A stretch of DNA of 33,000 nt. Source: Octopus bimaculoides (lineage: Eukaryota). The stretch's first letter is position 1; each line of letters starts with the position of its first letter. The notes beneath the pieces were generated by a model. The model made no database searches. It saw only the letters and a program-made list of their open reading frames with translations, and was not told the DNA's origin. The stretch is from positions 9,386,872-9,419,871 of the forward strand of contig NC_068989.1 in the NCBI RefSeq assembly GCF_001194135.2. Direction: 5' to 3'. Position numbers and translations under genes: made by a program. Below, one piece after another: positions 23,145 through 33,000 of the stretch.

Positions 23145-23229
23145 TACTTTTTTCTCTTCTTCCCAAAACATATTTTTTGGGGGGTTGGGGTTTTGTTTTT
23201 ATTTTCTATTTGATAACCACTGTGTGTGT

Positions 23230-23392
23230 ATGGCTGTGTGATGGTTAAAATGTTAGCTTCTGAGCCAAATGGTTTCTGGTTCAATCCCACTCTGCAGTAC
23301 CTTGGGTAAGTGTCTTCTACTAAAGCACCAAGTTGACTAAATATATATCAGTGGTTTTGGTAGAGGAAACTCAAAAGGAAGCCTATCATATA
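23230..23392 (+). mobile_element. tRNA-headed SINE, family A, diverged
   Basis: atggctgtgtg, ggttcaatccc (B box), accttgggtaagtgtcttctact, ttggtagaggaaact. Confidence 0.8.
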
Positions 23393-23397
23393 TGAAA

Positions 23398-23431
<34 letters not shown>

Positions 23432-23485
23432 CGTGTGTATGTGTGTGTAAGTGTGTGTGTGTGTATATGTCAATGTTGTGTATTT

Positions 23486-23570
23486 AGGCACAGGAGTGGC
23501 TGTGTGCATAGGTGCAGAAGTGGCTGTGTGGTAAGTAGCTTGCTTCACGATCACATGGTTGCGGGTTCAG
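23486..23570 (+). mobile_element. SINE family A head with a duplicated 5' end, cut off within the B box
   Basis: aggcacaggagtggctgtgtg is followed by aggtgcagaagtggctgtgtggtaagtagcttgc...gcgggttcag. Confidence 0.8.
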
Positions 23571-23574
23571 GATG

Positions 23575-23870
23575 TGAAGGAGGAGGTGGATGATGTGCAG
23601 GGGGGGGAGAAGGTGGNNNNNNNNNNNNNNNNNNNNNNNNNNNNNNNNNNNNNNNNNNNNNNNNNNNNNNNNNNNNNNNNNNNNNNNNNNNNNNNNNNNN
23701 NNNNNNNNNNNNTGGAGGAGGAGGAGTGGTGGTGGAGGAGGAGGAGTGGTGGTGGTGGTGGTGGTGGAGGAGGAGGAGGAGGAGACTAATTACAACAACT
23801 GCAATTACGATGACAATGACAATGATGACAACAATGACTATGATGATAGCGATGATGATGATGATGATGT
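23575..23870. repeat. (GGA/GGT)n and (GAT/GAC)n triplet arrays around a gap
   Basis: Read directly from the sequence. Confidence 0.9.
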
Positions 23871-24559
23871 GAGCTCTCATTCATCGAACCCATTTTTTTT
23901 TTGTTTCTTTTGTTGTTGTTTGTTTTTGCATTTCTTTTGATCTGGATGGATTTTTTTTTTCCCAATGATCTATTTCCTGCACATCATTAAATCCATCCCA
24001 GCAACCAATTTAAAAAGCTCATTCTGTAACCACTCTATGGCGTATGTATGGCCTTACATTCTCAATTGTTTACCTGGAAAGAAGAGATGAGATGCAAAGA
24101 TATAAATTATGTGACACCATTTAGAAACGACAGAAAGAATTGTTTGAAGCCTTCTGGAAATATTCTATATCATCCATCATTTTCCAATTATAAACCAGCT
24201 AATAGAAATCTTTATTTTTCCCTAGCAATGCATTTTTAAATACCTACTGATAAATTTCAAAGAATCTCTTGACATGCTTGCCAAAATATCGCAAGCATGT
24301 CAATCAGTTTAAACACAAGTCATAACCACTCCACTATTGCCGTTGTTTATTGATCGGGTGTTCACATGAAGATTACATCATTTCTGTTTGAAAAATGTTG
24401 AGGAGCTGCCTGAAGCTTTTATATACACTTGATATCAGATACATCATAAATGTATGAATGCATTACACCCTAAACAATGCTACTGTAAATCTATATCAAG
24501 TACCCTTGTATTTTCCATCAAACATATGTATATGTGAGTATATATATATATATATATAT

Positions 24560-24812
24560 GGCATGTAAAAAACACCATTGTGAGTGTGGCCGTTGCCAGT
24601 ACCACCTGACTGGCCCTCGTGCCGGTGGCACGTAAAAGCACCCACTACACTCTCGGAGTGGTTGGCGTTAGGAAGGGCATCCAGCTGTAGAAACTCTGCC
24701 AGATCAGATTGGAGCCTGCTACAGCCATCTGGTTCGCCAGTCCTCAGTCAAATCGTCCAACCCATGCTAGCATGGAAGACGGGCATTAAACGATGATGAT
24801 GATGATGATGAT
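24560..24812 (+). mobile_element. 5'-truncated retroelement 3' end with a (GAT)n tail, probably RTE-derived
   Basis: Matches 20425-20614 and continues caaatcgtccaacccatgctagcatggaagacgggcattaaac(gat)n. Confidence 0.8.
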
Positions 24813-25195
24813 NNNNNNNNNNNNNNNNNNNNNNNNNNNNNNNNNNNNNNNNNNNNNNNNNNNNNNNNNNNNNNNNNNNNNNNNNNNNNNNNNNNNNNNN
24901 NNNNNNNNNNNNNNNNNNNNNNNNNNNNNNNNNNNNNNNNNNNNNNNNNNNNNNNNNNNNNNNNNNNNNNNNNNNNNNNNNNNNNNNNNNNNNNNNNNNN
25001 NNNNNNNNNNNNNNNNNNNNNNNNNNNNNNNNNNNNNNNNNNNNNNNNNNNNNNNNNNNNNNNNNNNNNNNNNNNNNNNNNNNNNNNNNNNNNNNNNNNN
25101 NNNNNNNNNNNNNNNNNNNNNNNNNNNNNNNNNNNNNNNNNNNNNNNNNNNNNNNNNNNNNNNNNNNNNNNNNNNNNNNNNNNNNNNNNNNNNNN

Positions 25196-25237
<42 letters not shown>

Positions 25238-25239
<2 letters not shown>

Positions 25240-25345
25240 GTAAATCCTCGAGTATAGTCCGCCGTTGGGCATAATACACAAGAGATTTTTAGGGGACTGT
25301 ACCTCTAAAAAAACCTAAACCTTGTGTATAATACGCACCCCTTCT
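25238..25345 (+). mobile_element. Probable left end of a pogo/Tc2-like DNA transposon
   Basis: TA|ccgtaaatcctcgagtata start (Tc2-type CCGTA terminus) with an internal gtataatacgcacc subrepeat. No right TIR is present in the window. Confidence 0.45.
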
Positions 25346-26833
25346 CTAACTTGAATCAAGGAGGTCTATATAACATCCTTGGTTTGTAAACATATATATG
25401 GTAACGTCCTTTATTATTATTGTATATATAACACTCCCTGAAACACTCCCTAAAACTCATGACAGCAAAGCAAGCTTCAACCACTCATCGACACTGAATG
25501 CAAGTCTGCAATGAAAACCACAAAACTATTTTGCTACAAATATTATCATAACTACTACCAGTACACTATTATAGTTTACTATATCACTCGACCACCTCCG
25601 GCATCATACTACTAAATCTCAGCATCACTATCATCTCTGACAACTAGAGAAAACCATCTAGGCATTGTGCCATCCTTTGTACAACAACCAACCCTTTCTA
25701 CTTTATAAGCCCTCAACAGACCAAGGACGGCAGCAAGCTAGTATCTCTGACATACACTATACATCATTCCTACCAGATTTCAAAGCTAATTCTGTAGTGA
25801 CAATGAGCGAAGAGATTTCCTAAAAATAAAAAAAGATTTATGAGGAAAATGTCATGTTTATTCTTTTTAAATTTGGTAAATCTTGGCATAATTTTACTAG
25901 GAGAAAAAGAGATATGGGTGTAGCAAGCAGATGGTAGAGGGCGGAGGATGATAAACAATAATAATAATAAGAAGAAAAGTGCAATAACTATTAATACTAA
26001 TATTAATAAGATAGATGCCTATTAAAAATATACAGAGTTTGGGGTGTGTGCATTTATGTATGTGATAGTGTGTGAGTGTGTGTATGTGCATGTGTGTATG
26101 TGTATGTGTATGTGCATGTGTGTGTGCATGTATGTGTGTGTGAGAGAGAGAGAAAGAGAGAGGAAAGGAGAGAATATGTGTAAGAAAGAGGGTAATGTTG
26201 AAATTTCCAAGATCAGAAAATTGATCCAAATCTTCTCTCACTGCCATTTGTTGCAGCAGTTACTTATTGTTTGATATAACCTAATTTTATTGATCTTTCT
26301 CCATATCTGACCTTTAATGGATCAATGCCAAATGCCAAAACCCATTCTGGTAAAGAGATGAAAAAAAAAAAAAATCGACGAAATATAAATTAAAAAATAT
26401 CTGAGATATGAAGTTGGGTGTCAATAGCCATCATTCAAAGAAAAAATTCAGATTTTCATTTAAAAAATTTTTTTTTATTTATTTTTTTAAAGTTTGCATT
26501 TCTGTCTTTTGGGATTTTTTTTTTTTCCAAGTCAAAATTTGCATTGTATGGTCCTGAAGATTGTTACCAAAAAAAACAAAAAAACAAAATGGAGATATTT
26601 TTTATCTTAGCTTTTTTGTTTTCTAGCCTTCTTTAGAGCAATCTTTCATGAAATGTTTCAGTGTTAAAGATTAGATAAGGATTAAATATTTTTATATCTA
26701 GTTTCCATGCCAGCTGGTTTCAATATCCATTTTTTCCATTTTCAAACATAAAAACATAAAACAACCTGTCTTTATTTTGTGAAATACTAGCTGTATATAA
26801 AAAAAGAATTGTTGAAGTTAATATGTATTTATA

Positions 26834-26995
26834 ATGGTTGTGTGGTTTAAAAGATAGTTTTTAAATCATGTGCTATCAGGTTCAATCCCACTGTGTTGCA
26901 CTTTGGAAAAATGTTTTCTTCTATAACCCCAGGTCAACCAAGGACCTGTGAATGGATGGATTTGGAAGATTAAAAACTGAAAGAAACTCATCATA
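26834..26995 (+). mobile_element. tRNA-headed SINE, family A, old diverged copy
   Basis: atggttgtgtgg, ggttcaatcccactgtg (B box), tcttctataaccccaggtcaaccaagg, aaactgaaagaa. Confidence 0.75.
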
Positions 26996-27973
26996 TATGT
27001 GTATATATTATACATTTATATGTATATATATATATATATCATCANNNNNNNNNNNNNNNNNNNNNNNNNNNNNNNNNNNNNNNNNNNNNNNNNNNNNNNN
27101 NNNNNNNNNNNNNNNNNNNNNNNNNNNNNNNNNNNNNNNNNNNNNNNNNNNNNNNNNNNNNNNNNNNNNNNNNNNNNNNNNNNNNNNNNNNNNNNNNNNN
27201 NNNNNNNNNNNNNNNNNNNNNNNNNNNNNNNNNNNNNNNNNNNNNNNNNNNNNNNNNNNNNNNNNNNNNNNNNNNNNNNNNNNNNNNNNNNNNNNNNNNN
27301 NNNNNNNNNNNNNNNNNNNNNNNNNNNNNNNNNNNNNNNNNNNNNNNNNNNNNNNNNNNNNNNNNNNNNNNNNNNNNNNNNNNNNNNNNNNNNNNNNNNN
27401 NNNNNNNNNNNNNNNNNNNNNNNNNNNNNNNNNNNNNNNNNNNNNNNNNNNNNNNNNNNNNNNNNNNNNNNNNNNNNNNNNNNNNNNNNNNNNNNNNNNN
27501 NNNNNNNNNNNNNNNNNNNNNNNNNNNNNNNNNNNNNNNNNNNNNNNNNNNNNNNNNNNNNNNNNNNNNNNNNNNNNNNNNNNNNNNNNNNNNNNNNNNN
27601 NNNNNNNNNNNNNNNNNNNNNNNNNNNNNNNNNNNNNNNNNNNNNNNNNNNNNNNNNNNNNNNNNNNNNNNNNNNNNNNNNNNNNNNNNNNNNNNNNNNN
27701 NNNNNNNNNNNNNNNNNNNNNNNNNNNNNNNNNNNNNNNNNNNNNNNNNNNNNNNNNNNNNNNNNNNNNNNNNNNNNNNNNNNNNNNNNNNNNNNNNNNN
27801 NNNNNNNNNNNNNNNNNNNNNNNNNNNNNNNNNNNNNNNNNNNNNNNNNNNNNNNNNNNNNNNNNNNNNNNNNNNNNNNNNNNNNNNNNNNNNNNNNNNN
27901 NNNNNNNNNNNNNNNNNNNNNNNNNNNNNNNNNNNNNNNNNNNNNNNNNNNNNNNNNNNNNNNNNNNNNNNNN

Positions 27974-28095
27974 ATAACCAGCCGAAATTGCAAAGATAAT
28001 CTGGAACTCGACTGAGGAAAGAAAACTCCGAATGACCCGTCCTTGTTTTCTTTGTATCGTCTGTCTGGATGTTTTGCGTTCTTGTCCCATTTTTG

Positions 28096-28110
<15 letters not shown>
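27974..28110 (+). repeat. Unclassified interspersed repeat fragment related to 18290-18570
   Basis: Shares the ccgaaat...gactga.gaaagaaa...aatgacc.gtc...ttgtatcgtc motifs. Confidence 0.45.
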
Positions 28111-28137
<27 letters not shown>

Positions 28138-28182
28138 GAGAGAGAGAGAGAGAGATAAATATACATATACACATACATGCAC

Positions 28183-28348
28183 AGTTTATTTGCCAACAGA
28201 ATGTGGTGGTCCTATAAAGGATGATGTTACTGTTGTTTAAGCCCCAGACTGTGTGTCAATAGCCAGCTGGAAAAGATGTTTTCCTGGGGCTTAAACAACA
28301 ATAATATCATCCTTTCTAGGACCACGACATCCCGTTGGCAAATAAACT
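28183..28348. repeat. Inverted repeat with 65-bp arms (59 of 65 matching) and a 36-nt spacer
   Basis: 28183-28247 versus the reverse complement of 28284-28348 shows six substitutions and no indels. Confidence 0.95.
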
Positions 28349-28393
28349 CTACTATATACATATACATATGTATATGCATACATATATCTATAT

Positions 28394-28529
28394 GTCAAAC
28401 CAGCCAACCCTTGCCAACGTGGAAAAGGGGGCGTTAAATGATGATGGTGGTGATGATGATGATGATGATGAAGAGGAGGTGGTGGTGGTGGTGGTGGAGG
28501 AGGAGGATGTTGATGATGATGATGATGAA
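28394..28529 (+). mobile_element. Short retroelement 3' tail with an expanded (GAT/GGT/GAG)n tract
   Basis: gtcaaaccagccaacccttgccaacgtggaaaagggggcgttaaatgatgat resembles the terminus at 24748-24812. Confidence 0.65.
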
Positions 28530-28704
28530 GGGCTTCCCCCTCAAATTCAACATTATCAACCTCAATCAAGAGACTCTGAGCCTTAATCTCATTATCGTCA
28601 ATCGCAATTATGTCATCACGTGTCTCAATTATGCCAGCTTCAACTTTGATTTTGTCATAAACTTTAATTTCATTATTGTCAACTGAAATTTGTTCATCAT
28701 CCAT
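28528..28704 (-). CDS. Candidate coding fragment for an acidic 59-aa segment of unknown product; may be a pseudogene piece
   Basis: MDDEQISVDNNEIKVYDKIKVEAGIIETRDDIIAIDDNEIKAQSLLIEVDNVEFEGEAL is 18/59 D+E and contains an internal VDNNEIK/IDDNEIK repeat. No homolog was recognised and no clear splice sites were found. Confidence 0.3.
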
Positions 28705-28834
28705 TATGGTGAACCAAAGGCACAGAACTTGAATTTCAATGAGTAATTGTGTCAAATTACGATGACAGTCTTACTGTGATTGTAATTGCTTCTGTTTTAG
28801 ATATTCCTCAAACTATTATTCAAATAAACAAATA

Positions 28835-29385
28835 GGAAGGTTGTATCATACAGAACAAGTCGGGGGGTTAGAGGGAGAGTGGAAACAGGAAAATTCTGGA
28901 AGAAATGAAAAAAACTTTATACAAATCTAAGGAAACAAAAAATGGTTTTTGACAATTTAATGTGAAGCTGTCAAAAACAAGTGTTGATAAATTCCTTAAA
29001 AATCTCTTACGCATTCATGAGGTGTAAAGTGATTTCTGAAACTGCTTTAAGTGCTGAGAACATGACACAGGAAAGTCTAAGAGGAAAATATTTTTATTGA
29101 TGATGTTTGGTTCCATACTTGCATGAGATCTAAAGATTGAACAATTTTGTATGAGGACAGTATCCAGATCGTATTTCCAAAATGTAGGTATGTGTTATGT
29201 TATGAAAGAAAGTGGGAAAAATTTGCTTTAAACAGAACTGGTGCTTTCAACTCCGAAAGCTTTTATGATTTTATTGAAACATTTCTTAAAGGGATTGGTG
29301 AAAAATACTCGGAGAATTGTATACTAATTTTGGGCAAGGTTATTTTTCATAAGAACAAAGATGTGTATCAATTAATTATCTCTTG
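28835..29385 (+). pseudogene. Degraded IS630/Tc1-superfamily (DDE_3-type) transposase remnant
   Basis: FNVKLSKTSVDKFLK, NIFIDDVWFHTCMRS (29087, IFIDE.GF-like) and GAFNSESFYDFIETFL...NCILILGKVIFHK (ILIMDN..FHK-like with D>G). It is truncated before the PYSP..NPIE motif, so DDxE spacing cannot be set. Confidence 0.72.
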
Positions 29386-29393
29386 GTACTTCA

Positions 29394-29791
29394 GGGAGTG
29401 ACGACCCTGCCTGACACGAGTCTTGGGCTCAGCTGGCTCCAGCTGACAGTACCCAGTATGGGCCCCTATTTAGGGTTACGGAAAGGAGACAACCTTCAAA
29501 GAAATCCAGAGTGGAGCTCCGTTGGTGGTTTAGTGTTTGACTTGACACTCTTCTGGCAGCTCCTGCAACCAAAGCTGGTGCCAAATGTAATGCTCTGCAC
29601 TCCTTTGGACTACGTCAGTAAGGTCAAGAGAGGAACCCTGACGATTGGGCGACCCAGGATTTTCTTACATCTAGCCCAGGCCTGCGCAAAGCTGGAGAGG
29701 ACATGAAATGTAAAAACCAGACTGGATTAGTTTATGTGCAACTCCATTCTCTCCCGAGACAAACGGATGCCAACAACAACAACAACAACAA
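29394..29791 (+). mobile_element. GC-rich retroposon-like insert ending in (CAA)n; family not determined
   Basis: There is an abrupt shift to higher GC that cuts off the transposase remnant, and the segment ends gatgc(caa)7. Confidence 0.5.
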
Positions 29792-29898
29792 TTATCTCTT
29801 GGGTATGACTTTGAATTGCACCTGGAATTAGGGCCTCAGTCTGAGAGCTTCAGGGTTTTGAGGAGTATGGAATCCCTGTTTACTTACTTTTGCTCCCT

Positions 29899-30225
29899 AG
29901 TCTACTCTGCAAAAACATGTTTGGCCATGGGGAAATATTATCTCGCATGGCCATGCTTGAGGGTTGGTAACAGGAAGGGCATCCAGCCATGGAAAATCTG
30001 CCTCAACAATTTCTGTCTGACCCATGCAAGCATGAAAATGTGGATGTTTAATGATGACGATGACGATGACGAGAAGAAGAAGAAGGAGGGGAAGAAGAAG
30101 AAGAAGAAGAAGAAGAAGAAGAAGAAGAAGAAGAAGAAGAAGGGAAGGATGGGAGGGGAAGGAAGAGGATGAAAATGATGATGATGATGACAATGACAAC
30201 AATGATGACAACGATGGCGATGATG
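29899..30225 (+). mobile_element. Variant retroelement 3' end followed by a (GAT/GAC)n(GAA)n tail
   Basis: gggttggtaacaggaagggcatccagccatggaaaatctgcc...acccatgcaagcatg...tt.aatgatgac shares the core and terminus of 24560-24812 but has a different upstream part. Confidence 0.7.
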
Positions 30226-30620
30226 TTGTGACAAATAATTTTGAGATGATTTTGGCATTTATTTCTTGCAGGTTTTGTAACATGGAGTGCTTCAATCCCT
30301 GGCTCATTTAACATAATGGTTTAATTTATTCCAGTAATTAGTGATAGTCAGTAAATTTCACAAATGATTCATTAACTTGCAGCTCTGAATTCAGTATTTA
30401 TTGCCTTGAGAAAAGTCACCATCAATACCCTGGTGTCTTATCCAAGAGAAAATCTCTTTCATCTGTTTATTGCCACAGAAACTGGACGTCAACATTGATC
30501 CATTGCACTATAGTGGTCATCAGAAGGAAACGGTAATTCCTTGCCTCTCTTCAGAATAATTTCTCCATGGCTTTCTTTCAGGCGACTTGGGTTTGACTCC
30601 CAGGATTGGAACGCAAACAT

Positions 30621-30785
30621 AGGTGCAGGTATGGCAGTGTGGTAAGAAGCTTGAATCCCAACCACATGGTCCTGGGTTCAGTCCCACAGCATGGTACCTT
30701 GAGGGAGTGTCTTCCACTATAGCCCTGGGTCAAACAAATCTTTGTGAGTGGATTTGGTAGAAAGAAACAGAAAGAAGCTTGCCAT
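30621..30785 (+). mobile_element. tRNA-headed SINE, family A
   Basis: aggtgcaggtatggcagtgtggtaag (A box), gggttcagtccc (B box), ttggtagaaagaaacagaaagaag. Confidence 0.88.
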
Positions 30786-30811
30786 ACATACATACATACA
30801 TATTTATATGT

Positions 30812-31215
30812 AGAAATGAAGCTATCCTGCTCTGCTGGGTGGGTAATGTCAGTATGTAAATGATTTTAGAGGAAAACTGGGTACAAGAGGGATCAGGTGT
30901 TGTGTGCAAGAGAGAAGACTGCACCAGTTTGGTCATGTGATGCATATGGATGAGGACAGCTACATAAAGAAGTGCCAATCTCTAATTGTGGAGGGTACCT
31001 GTGAAAGGGGTAGACCCAGGAAGATGTAAAACGAAGTGGTGAGAAAAGATCTTTGGATAAAAGGCCTAACTGAGGAAATGACAAGGAACCATGAGATGTG
31101 GTGATATGCTGTACTTGATAAAATGAATCAAGCTGAGTAAAATTACTGTCTTCCATACATACAGGCTTGTCCTTTCAGATGCCAGTGCCACACAAAAAGC
31201 ACCCATGCTTGTGCT
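30812..31215 (+). mobile_element. 5'-truncated RTE-clade LINE: ORF C-terminus and start of the 3' UTR
   Basis: Reads RNEAILLCWVGNVS, then GIRCCVQERRLHQFGHVMHMDEDSYIKKCQSLIVEGTCERGRPRKM*NEVVRKDL...TEEMTRNHEMW*, matching the RTE RLRW.GHV.R...GRGRPRK.W signature with Trp codons mutated. Confidence 0.88.
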
Positions 31216-31224
31216 GCATAAATG

Positions 31225-31441
31225 CAAGGGGGTGCTGAAAAGTTCCTGGCTTTGAGGGTATCGCGAAAGGCCTGGCTGGAGGCTCAACCTTTCGAATTCT
31301 TTTATCAGGCTTAGAAAAACTGAAGGACCACTGCAATAAATGTGTGAATCTGAGAAAGGAATATGTTGAATAAAATCATAATTAAATAACTCTCCTGTGT
31401 TTTCTTTTACTGAAAGCCAGAAACTTTTCAATACACCCTTG
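31225..31441 (+). mobile_element. 217-bp mariner-derived MITE (internally deleted element)
   Basis: 29-bp TIRs at 31225-31253 and 31413-31441 match at 25 of 29 positions; internally GLEKLKDHCNKCVNLRKEYVE* resembles a mariner C-terminus. Confidence 0.85.
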
Positions 31442-31826
31442 TGTGTATATATATATATATATGCATATATATATGTATATATATNNNNNNNNNNNNNNNN
31501 NNNNNNNNNNNNNNNNNNNNNNNNNNNNNNNNNNNNNNNNNNNNNNNNNNNNNNNNNNNNNNNNNNNNNNNNNNNNNNNNNNNNNNNNNNNNNNNNNNNN
31601 NNNNNNNNNNNNNNNNNNNNNNNNNNNNNNNNNNNNNNNNNNNNNNNNNNNNNNNNNNNNNNNNNNNNNNNNNNNNNNNNNNNNNNNNNNNNNNNNNNNN
31701 NNNNNNNNNNNNNNNNNNNNNNNNNNNNNNNNNNNNNNNNNNNNNNNNNNNNNNNNNNNNNNNNNNNNNNNNNNNNNNNNNNNNNNNNNNNNNNNTATGT
31801 GTGTGTATATATATGTATATATATGT

Positions 31827-31858
<32 letters not shown>

Positions 31859-31906
31859 GCATATATATATGTATATATATGTATATATACATATATATAT
31901 ATGTAT

Positions 31907-31949
<43 letters not shown>

Positions 31950-32569
31950 CAAACTTACATATATATACATACATATATATATAAATCTGTTATGTACTTG
32001 TGAGTTTTTTTGTTGTGTGTATCTGTGTATATACTCACATACATATATACATGCATACAAACATAGAAAGATTTTCGTTTTTTTATCTATATGCGTCTAC
32101 ACATTCACATGCCTTTCGCTCACAACATTTGGCAGAGAAAATTTTCTCTGTAAAGAAAATGACTGTAAAAGTTTTCAAAAATGTCACCTACACACTTTCC
32201 CCAACTCACTTCTCTCATACAAAAACGCACACGTATATAATTACACGCATTTACATACATACACAAATACATACATAAATTCATACATTCATACATTCAT
32301 ATATTCATATATTCATCCTTCGATACATATCGTTCATTTACATTGGGAAATTAAATTTTAAAACCATCGTCATTCTTTTACAGTTCTGTCTACACCATTG
32401 TATCCTCGCCTGCAAACTTCTGATAGCTTTGCAAAACCCAAAGACTTTGACAAGTACGTTACGTTTTTAATTTCTTCCCTCTTTTTTATTTTTTATTTTT
32501 CTTTTCTTTTACATCATATTTTATATCTTTAGTTTAGTCTTGACAAATTTTCATTCATGGTTTAACAAA

Positions 32570-32608
32570 ATTATTATTATTTTATTCATATCATCATCAT
32601 CATCATCA

Positions 32609-32654
<46 letters not shown>

Positions 32655-32701
32655 CATTATTATTATTAATTGTTATTATAATGTTATTATTATCATGTTA
32701 C

Positions 32702-32764
<63 letters not shown>

Positions 32765-32765
32765 G

Positions 32766-32801
<36 letters not shown>

Positions 32802-32945
32802 ATTATTATTATCATTATTATTATTACTACTACTACTACTATTTTCACTACTACTACTACTGCTATTGCTACTATTTTCACTACTCCTACTGGTACTACT
32901 ACTACTACTATTACTACTACTATTGTTATTATCATTATCGTCATT
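32570..32945. repeat. (ATC)n/(ATT)n/(ACT)n triplet array
   Basis: Read directly from the sequence. Confidence 0.95.
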
Positions 32946-33000
32946 GTAGTTCTTATTTTTGTTATTATTATAAATGCAGTTTTGTTGTTTTCTTCTTTTG

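Noticed and set aside
25774-25819. LRR-like peptide KSLRSLSLQN in an alternative frame
   Set aside because: It is followed immediately by stops and has no neighbouring repeats.

Overview
This is an AT-rich, microsatellite-dense eukaryotic draft scaffold with nine N gaps totalling about 3.6 kb. The SINE, RTE and MITE families resemble those I recall from Octopus genomes, so an octopod origin is inferred but not confirmed. No intact protein-coding gene, tRNA, rRNA or CRISPR array can be supported, and most long ORFs in the supplied track are read-through of microsatellites or N runs. The window looks like intronic or intergenic DNA full of dead transposons: about ten tRNA-headed SINE copies, a DD37D maT pseudogene (892-1630), a DD34D mariner pseudogene (16898-17945), an IS630/Tc1-type remnant (28835-29385), an RTE LINE 3' fragment plus RTE-type 3' tails, an RLE-type LINE 3' end, and several MITE ends. 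The most notable unexplained structures are a perfect 152-bp inverted duplication 4.4 kb apart (8040-8191 / 12639-12790), a perfect 36-bp-stem hairpin (18647-18733), a 65-bp-arm hairpin (28183-28348), a perfect 22-bp direct repeat bracketing a 1-kb composite (8520-9587), and an acidic protein-like frame running into a retroelement tail (28528-28704). I do not see evidence for a complete new biological system.
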